Of a stretch of 64,000 nt of DNA, positions 39,724 through 51,298 are shown in pieces; the first letter of the stretch is position 1, and every line of letters starts with the position of its first letter. The position numbers were made by a program, and so were the translations under genes. The notes below the pieces were generated by a model. The model was not told the DNA's origin. It saw only the letters and a list, made by a program, of their open reading frames with translations, and searched no databases. This DNA is from Thalia democratica (Eukaryota), in assembly GCA_965202585.1 (NCBI GenBank), contig OZ241826.1, positions 19,282,001 through 19,346,000 of the forward strand, read 5' to 3'.

Positions 39724-40515
39724 TCATGAATAAATCTTCAAACTAAAAGTTTCATTCTTTGTATCATACAAAATAAACTGATGAGTGTTGTCCGATAAAA
39801 TGTTTAATAACACAACTTTATTTCCAAAACAACAAGCACTAGATTTCCTTACTTCAAACTTTTTAAAATCAATTTCACAGTTAATTGAAGTAAACTTTCT
39901 TGTTATACTGTCAAAAACCTCCCAGGTTTTATTATATTGTACAGCAGTTGCAAACATTTTGTTGCCAATGCTTACTAGAGAATGACCGCATCTTCTTTCG
40001 ATCATGTCAGGTAAACAAGTCCATTTGTTTTCATGATGGTCATATGCTTCAACTGAATTTACTAAACTTAAAAGGCCTGGAGAAAATTTACTGCCTCCAC
40101 TAACAACAATTTTACCTTCAAATATTGTGCATGTTCCGAACAGTCTACTTTTGTTCATTCTTGCTATACCATACCATTTTTTTAGTTTGAAATCGTATCT
40201 GTGACTTAGCTCACCATATCTATTGAACACATATAGTTCTTTTAAAAATAGAAAATTATTAGTCCATCTAAAAATTTCTGGAAAGTTAGAGGAAGAATTT
40301 TGCAAAACTACCCCTTTTGAAGATAGGTAATCACAGTAACTAGCTTTGATGAACATTTTGTCGTTAGAAACAGGCTGGGTGGTTTCTTTATTAAGTAGCA
40401 TAGACTTCTTGACTTTTAAGAAACTTCTATCAAAAGTTAATTTGAACACCAAATCGTTGGTTTCTTGAGAGCAATGTCTAGTTTGGTACAAGATAGACGA
40501 CTGACGACAATACAT
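39724..40515 (-). CDS. Divergent Kelch-repeat protein B, copy 2 (~263 aa)
   Basis: Open frame MYCRQSSILYQTRHCSQ...SLKIYS*. Start placed at 40515, after the ttttcag acceptor at 40527-40529 that is conserved in copy 1. The longer ORF-track start (40611) is a stop codon in copy 1. Confidence 0.8.
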   Translation of the reverse strand: MYCRQSSILYQTRHCSQETNDLVFKLTFDRSFLKVKKSMLLNKETTQPVSNDKMFIKASYCDYLSSKGVVLQNSSSNFPEIFRWTNNFLFLKELYVFNRYGELSHRYDFKLKKWYGIARMNKSRLFGTCTIFEGKIVVSGGSKFSPGLLSLVNSVEAYDHHENKWTCLPDMIERRCGHSLVSIGNKMFATAVQYNKTWEVFDSITRKFTSINCEIDFKKFEVRKSSACCFGNKVVLLNILSDNTHQFILYDTKNETFSLKIYS

Positions 40516-41365
40516 TTTAATTTTAGCTGAAAAACTGTAAGAACTCACAAAATTACATTTACATGTAGTTACCTTTGAAAAATTACTTAATTTTTTATAC
40601 CTATACAACATTTTTAAACTAATAAGAAGGATATTTATTTAAAATACAGACGAATGAAAAATTAAAACTTTTCAATAAAATAATACTAAATTAATACAGT
40701 AACGTGTTGAAGTAATGAAAAATAAGTTAAACAATTAACTACCTAATTAAATATGTCTTCTTAGTAATTTAAGTGTTGTTCAGATATTTATATTTTGAAA
40801 CAAGTTATTTTATACATTAAAAAGTTTTTAAATGTAATAATTAGTAAAATTATAACTCATCTATTTTTTTTTAATGAATTAGCATAAATCTTAAGAATAG
40901 AACTTTGAAAGTAAGAAATTTGACTTAAATATAAGTCAGCTTATAAGTTATAATATATTTTAAGAATCTGTTAGCGTGTAAACATCCTTTTGGAGCTAAA
41001 TACACAAAATATATAAATAACCAAAACCTTACAACCCACTAAGTAAAAAACAATCATATAGTTATTTTTATCAGTGAACAAGCAGTTTTTGTTTCATTTA
41101 GCACAATTAAAAAATACATCAATTAGTAAAAATTTGTACAAAAAATTTACAAATGGTATCGTAAGTGAACAAAAAGTTTTTCTAAATAAAGAAACTAGTT
41201 AAGAGTAGGGGCGTGTCTAGATCTTTATCATTGGAGTTACACAATCTTTTTGTTTAAAAATAAAGTATTTTCTGTAAAAGCTTTTAATAATAGACACTAT
41301 AATATAATATAGTTTTCTACTAGATAACTGTCTAAAATTTCTATAAAAACGTTTAAACTTTAGAC

Positions 41366-44300
41366 CAGGGGTCGGCAAACTGCGGCCCGCGGGCCAAATG
41401 CGGCCCTCAAAGGGTAAATCTGTGGCCCGCGAGCACGTTTATTTTTTGAATGGAATGCGGCCCGCGGAAGAAAATTTTTTGGCCCGCGAGAGTGTAAATG
41501 TGGCCCGCTGAGCAAAAAAAAAATTTAAGTAGACTCGTTTTGGTTTTTTGTTTAATTTTATTAAATTCTTTTTAATTCCCTGTTTAACATTTTAAAACAA
41601 TCAAAAAACTTCACAGTATCAGCTTAAAAGTGTATAAAAGACAGAATAGCATTCCACTAGGTTTTTTCTTAGTTTCATCATAACTTTCTTCTTACAACAG
41701 CAAGTTTAGGTATTTTTTACATGTTTTTAAAACTAAGTTTTTTTTTTGTAGACGTTTTATAACAAAAAGTTATATTTGATTGTGCACAAAAACATTTAAA
41801 ATAACATATAGTAAAAAAAAATGTTTATTTTATTTTGATTTTTACACATTTTGATATTTTTATAAGTTATTTTACCACTTTAGACTAATCCCTACGCACA
41901 CGAATGTACAAAGATGCTCATATTTTAATCGGCATACTGACAATTCCCACCCGCGATCATTTCCCACCCGATCAAATCCAATCCGCGCACAATTACCACT
42001 CAAAAATGTTTTTAACTTTTTATGTTTATTCCTTTATTTTTTAATATTTTGTTTTATTTTCATTAGTATTAATTTATAATTTACCATTACTGTTACCCCT
42101 AACCCTTGGGTTGGTAAGCGGTTCTCGGGTTTGATTTAGTGGAAAATGATCGCGGGTTGGAAATGAGCGGTTCCCATTTTAAACCACGTTTTATTTAATA
42201 CTTAAATTAGATTAAGTTTAGTTAATTCATAATTTTCTAAAATTATTGTTTATACCTGTAGTATCTAAATGTGTAAAGCCACATTTAAAACTATACATGA
42301 TATGAATTAAAATATCTTTTGATAGGTATACATTTTCATATTTCAAACAATGTTTTTTTGACAAACTAAATTAATCTTTATGCACTAATATACACAGTTA
42401 CTGTTTTTTTGAATTACTTCTTTAGTACAAACTAAATTTAGGGAAGGTAAATTTATAAGGTTTGTATATTGTTAATCAAAATAGCTCAAATTCAAGCAAA
42501 TAAATAACTAAAAGTTGCAACACACTCAAACTATGACTATCTGTCGATTTCAAATCTCAAGTCAATTTAGTCATTTTTTCAGTTTTTAGTTTGAACAAAT
42601 ATTTGTATACTAAATATTAGGCTAGTTTTTGGTTATTAGGCAGGCTTTTTTGCTTTATGAATGGCAAATTAAATTTATGATGTATGTTTTGTTCAATTTA
42701 CAGTGTTGGTTTGAAGTATAATGTATTAACTTCAAGTCTTACAGCTAAAAAAGTTTGAAATATTATTTATATAATGGTATACATATAGGTGAGTGTGAAC
42801 ATTTAGTGTTGCTAAAAAACTTGAATCCCAGAAAAGCTTGGAACTTGAAAAATTGTGCTTAAAAATTCTAGAAAAACCTTGAATTTGAGATTTTGTGAAA
42901 AATACTGGAATTTAAAAAATCTTTTACGTGTAAAGTATGAAATTTCGATTTGATACAAAAATTTACTTTATAGATACTTTTTATAAACACATTAAAAGTA
43001 GTTTAACAGTATTTATTTAGTATTGCTATATTACTAAAGACAGTTTTTTATTAAATGTGATTTACCTTTATACCAAAAAAAGAAGCAGAATATTATACTT
43101 TCAAAAACTTTATGTAAGTGCATTGCATATTTGCTTTTATAACGCCTTTACCTTTTGTTGTGCATTAAAACTAAACCTAGAATTTTTTTTAAATATCAAA
43201 GTCAGTAAAAACACCTCTAATAAAAACTCTCAGATGAGCAATGTTTGTTGTACCAGTTCACTCATCTTAACAGATCGATTAAAGTTTTAATTTGATTTAT
43301 GTAGCTTTAGAATATTAGCGATATACTAAACACGACTTCTTGTTGTCATTGAAGAAATAAGCAAAAAAAAATTACTACCGCCAACATAAGTTCTTAAAAA
43401 AGTTTTTAATTCTAAACGGTATCTTCTTTTTAGTAATTATTTTTTATACTTTATAACTTGCCTTAACAGTTTTTTCTGATTAGTCTGTAGTAACTGAATA
43501 TAATCAATTACTTTATTGAAACTTACTAAAGCTTTTTTTTTTGTTTCTCGCAATAACTCCAAACTAACGTTTTTTAGTTTTTATAGCTCGTCTTATATTT
43601 CACATTTACTCTTGATATACAACATCTTTATTGCAGATAAAGAATTGTTATAATGTTCAATAAAAAAATAAGTTTTTCTACTTTATTGATGGCATAATAA
43701 ATTTTTAAATTTTGTTAAAAATGTTTAAAAAACGTAATTGTCCATTTAAGCTGACTTATGATACTATTTTTACTATATATATAATTCACTGTTAATAAAC
43801 TTCGTTATTTCTTTATTTTGTGACTTTATTTCAAAAAAGGTTGCCAAACATACAGTCTATTTATAAAAAAAAATAATTCAAACTAGGTTAAACTTGTTTG
43901 AAACATTTAAAAGAAACTCAGGTAAACTTTTATTTCAAACACTTTAAATAAATCTTCGAATTCTCAGAACAGTTTTTATGACTGTAGTGTAGTAAACTAA
44001 TTGTAATTTTTTCTGGTCTAATTATACACTGTGTACTTTTTATACTGAAGATATTTTAGTTAGGTATCTGAGCTTAATTAATTGCAAGTTTTTTTCACTT
44101 TTCTAAAGTGGAAACCCTGTTGAAAGCTAATTAATTACTAATAAGGTACTATATTATAGTATTCTAGCTTTAATTATTTTAAAAACAAGTACACAGTTAA
44201 TTAAGACTTAAGTATATTTGTCAATGTACAATTTACTCCAATACATTATTATAACTAAAAAAGGCATTCTATATGTAGCTAAATTTATAAATAAACTAAT

Positions 44301-44463
44301 AATAGCATAATTAATAAAGTGAACAAAAGTAAAACTTTCTTTAATGTGACTAAAACTAAAATCAAAAGATTATTCAAATATCACTATAACTAAAACTGCG
44401 GCCCGCGAAGATTTTGGAAATTTGAAATTTGGCCCGCGAGCACCAACTGCCTGCCGACCCCTG
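41366..44463. mobile_element. Non-autonomous hAT DNA transposon, 3098 bp
   Basis: Perfect 12-bp TIR CAGGGGTCGGCA, 8-bp TSD ctttagac (41358-41365 and 44464-44471), GGCCCGCG subterminal repeats. Empty paralogous site ctttagaa at 27296-27303. No transposase ORF. Confidence 0.95.
41930..42175. mobile_element. MITE nested inside the hAT element
   Basis: Inverted ends cccacccgcgatcatttcc / ggaaaatgatcgcgggttgg. Homolog at 4713-4940. Confidence 0.8.
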
Positions 44464-45213
44464 CTTTAGACATTTAGAAAAAAAAAGTAAATAGAACTAA
44501 AAATCTTAATATGTAATCCAGTTCTTTACTTTTTACTAAACAAAAACTTAAAAATAATCCTTATTCCTGTTTTTAATGACAATATGATAATTTTTTCTTA
44601 CATTGTGAAACTAACATGAATAACAAAATATTTTATACATAAGAAACTTAATACAAAGTACCAATCAAAATAAGTAGTAAAGTCTTAAAGATAGAAAACA
44701 AAAATCAATGGTATGTAAAAAACAAATAGTTAAAGAGTTCCAATTAAACTACTTAAGCTAAAAACTCAATTTAAATCAGAAACAAACTTTATTTCTGGAA
44801 ACAAATTGACAAAAGACGTGAACCACTTTTTTTACAACTTGATGAAAAAAATAGGCTTTTTAATGTTAAAAAATTAAATTATTGTATGATTCCGTCTAAA
44901 GTATGCAAAGTTGAAAATGAAACCCTTGGAGTTGTATAATCATTCAAATATGCTCTTATAAAGACTTTTGAATGACTAATTTTAGAATGAAGTTCTATTT
45001 TTAAAATTGATCAACTTTTGTAAATATAAAACTTTTGTATAATTTATATTTTCTTTCGACAAAAAACTTATAAAAAGTACGTCATTTTGACGTATTTATT
45101 CAAAAAAAAACTTTACTTAATATTCAAAAACAACCAAATTAGTATAAATTTTTAGTGAATTATTTAAAACGTAAACCATATTCAATCACTTTTTATAATG
45201 CTTTTTTCAATTT

Positions 45214-45590
45214 TATAGGGGTTCGATGGTAAACAGGAAACCAGTCAAAACACGCCCCTGGTTAAAAGCTTTTGTTAGTAGGATGCAAATTCTTCTATTT
45301 AATTTGTTTACATTGAGATAACTTATAGTTATGTAGAAATTAAGTACTATCAAAATCAATTAATAAAAAACACTAAATTGTTGACTGTTTGCTTAAAACA
45401 GCTCGATATAAAATAAATTAAGAAATGTTTCATGCTGTAAAAATTTAGCTAAATGTCTGTCGTACGCCGAGTTTATTTTATTTTTTCTTAATATTACGAC
45501 TTAGCTTCTGAAAAATTTTATAAAAATTTTTCATACAAGATGTCTTACTTTTTAAACCAACTACGTATTCAGATAAAACGTAAAAAAGAA
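45214..45590. mobile_element. Dispersed repeat, same family as 1236-1600
   Basis: Paralog of 28047-28420. Confidence 0.55.
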
Positions 45591-46582
45591 CACGTTAAGT
45601 TAAGGTTGTTAAGTTATTAGACTCATTTTCTTTATAGTAATGCATGGTATAAAAAATCAAGAAATTAATTAAAAGAGAATCAGTTACTAAGAAATAATTT
45701 AACAAAATAATGAAGTAGCTAAGCTAAGATTGTAATTTATTGGTTTTAAAAAACTAGTTAATTTTTATTTGTCATACAACTTGGGTTGAACCTGTGAGTG
45801 ACGGCAAGAATAGTTGGAAGTTTTTTATGCCAGACATCTAAAACTATTTTTACGCGGGTCACCGTAATGCTAAATAATTATACAGAAAAATAGAAAACCT
45901 CTTGCAGTTTTGTAGTTAATATGTATTTAATTAACGTATAATCCTTTTAGTTAACTGACAACCAAATAAAAGTAATATGTTATAGAAATTATAAAAGTAT
46001 TAAATCTTAGCTAGTTGTGTACATACTATTTTCAAGCGAGTAACTAGGCGCGGGTTGGATTTGCTCTGCGAGGCGAAGTTTTCCGAACTTAAAGGTTTGT
46101 TATATTATAACAAACCATGTACGACATAAAAACAAAATAACAAACTTAAAGTTCAATCAACGTTTGTTAAGCTAATTGGTTTGCACCATTTTTAGAGGTT
46201 TTTTAGTTGTCAGTGTGTATATAAAACTATAAACTACTAGACTTTTATTACTAAGTGTTTTAATGACGAGATAGAAAAATAAACTGAAATATAATCTGTC
46301 TATGTCGTCAAAAACTTTTTTTTTAATAATTAAACTAAAAATGGTACAATACGAATGTAAGCATATAAAATTTTAGAAACTATATACTTTAAATGTTGTA
46401 AAGCATTTTATGAAATTAATCTCACATGTTTATAATTTGTTAAGCATTTAGTTTATAGATTATAAAAAATACTTCAGTTATAACATATGTCAACCTAGCA
46501 AAAAAAACTGTTTTTTTAAACAAACAAAAGCTATAGAATAAGGAATTATTTTAAAGTTCTTGTTTGTTTTTCCATCACATCA

Positions 46583-49500
46583 CTAGTATTCCATTTCCTA
46601 CAAAAATAAAATAAGTTATAATACGCATGTACAAATAAATGTTATTATCTTGTTTATATGAAAATGATAGCTATAAAAATTTCTGGATTACTTAAATAAA
46701 GCAAATAAATTCAGAGACTAAACATTCCAAATAATAAGTACTTATCTATCTTAAATGTTTAATTTAATAACTTAAATATGATTGAAACACAGTAATATAA
46801 ATTTAATTTAAATGTTAACAAAAGTATAATAAGGACAAACCATATTATTATTAGTATTTGTTGTGTTTGCATCATTATTTGTCCCTAGAAAAAAATCTTC
46901 ATTGGCTCTATAAAAAACAAAATTAAAATAATATTTTAATAAATTAACTGTAAAAATAATTAGCAGTTATTTATCTATAATTATGTTTATTAATAGCATA
47001 GTTAGTATATTTTTTGAATTTTTGGTGCAAATATTAATTCACAAAGTATGTGTAAGATACGAACAGTATTACTAACATTAAATGTACCATAATTTTAAGT
47101 ATTACAAAAGAAAATCTTATTTTGTCTTATTACCAAATAATTAAAGTACTGCGTATAATAAAAATTATAGTCTATTCACTAGCTATGTTTAAAAAGATAC
47201 GAAAACTTTTATATTTCAAACTTTCAAAAGCTTACTTGAAAAAGTTACTTACATTTTGTGTTGGATTACGGCTTGTTCTTCTTTATCTTTATAAAAGCCT
47301 TTAAAATAATTATTTATTACCGTAAATTTTTTTATATTTTTTTTATACTTTTCTTTAAGACTTTCATTACTTTCCTCTTCTTTGACCGAGTCTGTGGACT
47401 TTCCGTTCTAAAAAATATTAATTTAGGATAACCCAAGGTTGTATTTCAGTTATATTAATTAATAATTTACTTAATTAAAATTACAAGAAAATTTATTTTT
47501 ACTTCCTTAGTTAGCTTGTGAAAAATATATTTCTAAAAGAATTATATTATCCCTAAACTTAAAAAATATATGTGTTAGATTTGTAATCTAATGGAATCTA
47601 AGCTTTTAAATGACTTAGAATTTTTAATTTTTATTGAAATTTAACACCTGTAAACATACTATAAACCTTAGTCATGATAAAGCATTGGCATCATAAAAAA
47701 GAAACAAAATAAAAATTAGTTTATTTTTTTAAAAAGCTAATAACTAGTAGAACAATAAAACTATAGATAAATAGATATTTGATCTAAACGAACTTACCAA
47801 TACCTTCAGATCAGGAAAATGTTTCAATAGAAACCTAGAAAAATATTTATTGGTATTGTATGTTTTAGTACTCGCAATAACAACTAATGTAAAACGTTTT
47901 TGTAATGCTAAAGATTAACATTACGTTTTTAAGACTTTTGCATTATTAATGTTTACACTAAAAAACTTATAGAACAAAAAAGTCTATATAAGTGCAAGTA
48001 GGATTTAAAAACTAAACTGTCTCCGTATTTTTTTAAGCGTATTGAAATAAAAAAAAAAGCGTTTTAAGGATAACTGTCACTTAATAACTACTAACAAGCG
48101 TTTATTTCCGTAAAATAAAAAAAATAAATAACAACCTTAAACTAAGTCTATTTTTTCATTTCTACTTAGGCTTTAAGTCATTATAGTCTTATAGTCTTTA
48201 AGACATTTAAACTTAAAACGTTAAAAGCTAACACTAATTTTATTCAAGCTAAAAAGTAGAGAAAATAACAGATTTTGATAGGGTTTTAAATTAAACACAA
48301 TTACAGCCTATTAATTAAAATATAATAAACGAAAACAAACTTAGTTTCTTTTTCTTCAAACATTTGCAGCACCTTTTGTTCATTATTTGGTCTTTGCTGA
48401 GGCCTATTTAAATTTATTTGTTAAAAATAACTTTTAAGTACGTATAAAATATCTAGATATTTAATTAGTCTACATATAAGACCTTTTACACAAAGCTAAA
48501 TTACTTTACCAACTTTATTTACAAAACATTATAATTGATTAAATAAAATACCAAAAATCGACAATTAGTGCTGTCAAAGTGTTATATATAAACACCACAT
48601 TTTTAACTAGTTAAGTAAGAAACTTAAAAATAATAATTAGTGTTATTAAAATCGAAATATAAAGATCGAAACAAAAATACAATTAAGATTAATAATCATA
48701 AGCTTCAATAGCTTAAGGCTGACAATCTTAAAGCATATTGTTCCTAATTTATAAAATAAATATAGTTCTACAGATATTAAAAATTAAAGAAAAGTTTTTA
48801 ACTTAAATTACTTTAAAAGCAAACTTTTGTTTTGTGTAGATATTCAAAAGTTACTTTAACTAACCATAAGCTGTTCAAGTTAATTTCTTCATTTCTTTTA
48901 TAAATTTGCAATTCTTGTAAGTTCCAACCAGCAAACAAAAGATGAGCATCTTGATCGAATGTTAATTCGTAGTTTGTATACTAAAAAACAGTTTTATTAT
49001 AGAAAATTAAACTTACTTTTTTATACCCACTGTTAATAGTATTTGTATATTATTAATACTTTGTGAGAATTATAGCTTAAAACCTTATCAATAGCTTCTT
49101 CTAAATTCCAGACTGATTGATTAATGTTTTGCTTGTTCATTACTGCAGTCGTCTAAGCAAAATACTCGGACTTAGACTTTTCACTTTGACAGTAATAGTT
49201 TAAATTAGATTTAAGCTCACTGTTAACAGCGTATATTTGTTGAATATTAGACATATATATCATTTTGTGAGAATTTATAGCTTAAAACCTTATCAATAGC
49301 TTCTTCTTAGAAAGACAGTACTGATTGTTAAAGTTTTGCTAATTTAATACTGCAGTCGTCTGTGCAATTTACACTTTGTTAAAATCTTAAGCTTTGCTAA
49401 GTTTTAACTTGACAGTAATAAAAATGATTAAAACTGTTTAAGAGTAACTATTAAGATTTTAAAAATAGTTATTTGTATACAAATGTATATATAAAGTTTT

Positions 49501-50728
49501 AACCTTAATAATTTTGTTTATCCACTTAACGGTAACACCATTTTTTTTTAAACAACCTACCTCCTTTTTAGCTACCATATAAGCCAGATGTTTAACATCG
49601 CAAATCCTTCTGACGATGTGCCTCAAAAGTCTGACATTGAAATCTGGCACCATACACTCCAAGACTAACATCTGTAAGGTATTAATAACTGAAGTTTATT
49701 TAATGAAAGGGTTATGAATATAATCATTTGTGAGGTATAAACAACAATCTTAATGAAGATATTATCCGAATATGATTAATATTTAAAACTTTATTAATAA
49801 AATGTAATAAATAACCTACAAATTTTCAAATTAAAATCATTTTAATTATCTAAAAATTATTTGCTATAAATAAACATACTAAAAATATAACTCGTTACCG
49901 ATGGTTTAATTTATTATAAAATTTTATCATGAAATCTGGTTTAGTAACTATACTTTATTTGACTCCAATTTATTGAATAAAAAATAATACAGTTTAGTAA
50001 AACTTACATCGGAACAATTCGCTTCAATTTGATCTGCTAATTTTTCAAAAATGTAAGGACAGTTGAAGTTGATAAATTCTCCTTGTGTTGAGCGGTTTTT
50101 GATATGCCTGAACAAAACTGACAGATCCAATCTTTTGTGAGTATGATTGTAAACATCGCTTATACAATTCTATAAAAAAATAACTAGAAGATAAAAAAAT
50201 ATTGTATTAAACACACATCATTCACTTATTTCTATTATAAAATATTTAGCAAATATTTAGATTATTAACTGTTTCAGTTTGTAACCAATACAAAGTAAAA
50301 CTTTTATTCTACTGAAGTTAACTCCATTTCATAAAATGTACAAACTACCAAAATAAATATCAGTTTTATATTATATATTTAAAGTCTAAATATCCTCAAG
50401 ATTGTTATATGCAAGTTACTGTATATCTTGAAGAGTTATGGTATGTTTCATTAAAATATTAAATCTCTGAATTGGTTAAATCTTAAACTAAAGATGTACT
50501 GTAGACTTATATTTAACTACAAAAGTTAATTAAAAGAGTTGTTACCTGAAACATACTCGTATCAACAGAAAAGTTTGGGAAGTTTGAAGTAACTTCGCAT
50601 AATGTCATTGGAATACCAGTATTGACAAAACTACTCAAAGTACTTTTTAACTCTAAAATGATACTTTCTGCCACATTTTTGTTGACGCACAGAACGCAAA
50701 ATACCAATTCATCGACGTCTCTGTAAAC
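46583..50728 (-). CDS. Gene C copy 2: multi-exon gene of unknown function, at least 325 aa, 5' end not located
   Basis: complement join of 50546..50728, 50008..50169, 49561..49671, 49084..49152, 48865..48980, 48341..48403, 47798..47834, 47253..47407, 46841..46907, 46583..46597 = 978 nt. All GT-AG, phases consistent, open to EMEY*. Synonymous-rich differences from copy 1 in the MLVLECM exon. Confidence 0.75.
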
Positions 50729-50821
50729 CTGCAAGTTACAACAAAGCATTAAAATATTTTAACTTTTGTTTTAATTCCACCTAAACTTTATATTTGCAAA
50801 GTATAAATTGTTTAACCTTAA

Positions 50822-51037
50822 ACAAAAACATCGGCGAAAGTCAGCAGAGCAGAATGCCTGGACTTTCGTTTGCCGTGAGACAAGCTCAAGTTTAACAATA
50901 GTGTTGATCACGCCAATTTGATCATCAGACCGCAACGTTTTTCGGTTGTGACTGACTGATGAGTCCTAATAAGGACGAAACCGGTCTCAGTCTACCAAAA
51001 CTTGTGGTCTGATGATCGATTTAGCGTGATCAACTCT
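50822..51037 (+). mobile_element. 216-bp ribozyme-bearing insertion (Penelope-like/retrozyme-like)
   Basis: Flanked by the exact direct repeat attgtttaaccttaa (50807-50821 and 51038-51052). GC-richer than the flanks, self-complementary, and contains a hammerhead core. Confidence 0.8.
50950..50992 (+). ncRNA. Minimal type I hammerhead ribozyme
   Basis: Stem I GACUGA/UCAGUC; core CUGAUGA (50956-50962); stem II GUCC-uaauaa-GGAC; GAAA (50977-50980); palindromic short stem III ACCGGU; predicted cleavage after GUC at C50986. Confidence 0.92.
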
Positions 51038-51271
51038 ATTGTTTAACCTTAATTATAAAAGGTCATAAAGATGTAATAAAGGTTTTAAAATTTTTTTCTA
51101 ACTACAGTTCTTAAAAAAAACAATCGCAGCTAAAACTAAAATTGTGAAATTTGTTTTACTAACAACTTCAATAAGTATATACTATAAAAATCAAAAGCAT
51201 ACCCTAGTATATGTTTTGAATCGTTTTTCGATGCGGTACTTAAGGTAGTTATAACCGTAGTAAGACTTCAA

Positions 51272-51298
51272 ATGGACCTGAATAAGAAGTTGACAAAG
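51272..51298 (+). CDS. Putative first coding exon (MDLNKKLTK) of an unresolved + strand gene
   Basis: a-ATG-g context, strong AAG/gtaagt donor, CpG-enriched sequence just upstream. Downstream exons not identified. Confidence 0.3.

Larger units (their letters stand above)
32985..49790. repeat. Segmental duplication unit 2
   Basis: Direct paralog of 18540-32985 with a 3.1-kb hAT insertion, loss of the left IR arm and an alternative segment at 37462-38560. Confidence 0.92.

Noticed and set aside
43240-43400. hAT transposase dimerisation-domain relic on the minus strand
   Set aside because: Only a vague resemblance across stops and frameshifts. Needs tBLASTn or HMM evidence.
47332-47407. Alternative gene C ending in frame TRSKKRKVM...* (NLS-like)
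   Set aside because: The 37-nt exon at 47798-47834 sets phase 0, and the downstream donor, a 9-nt in-frame indel and two further exons are conserved in the other frame.
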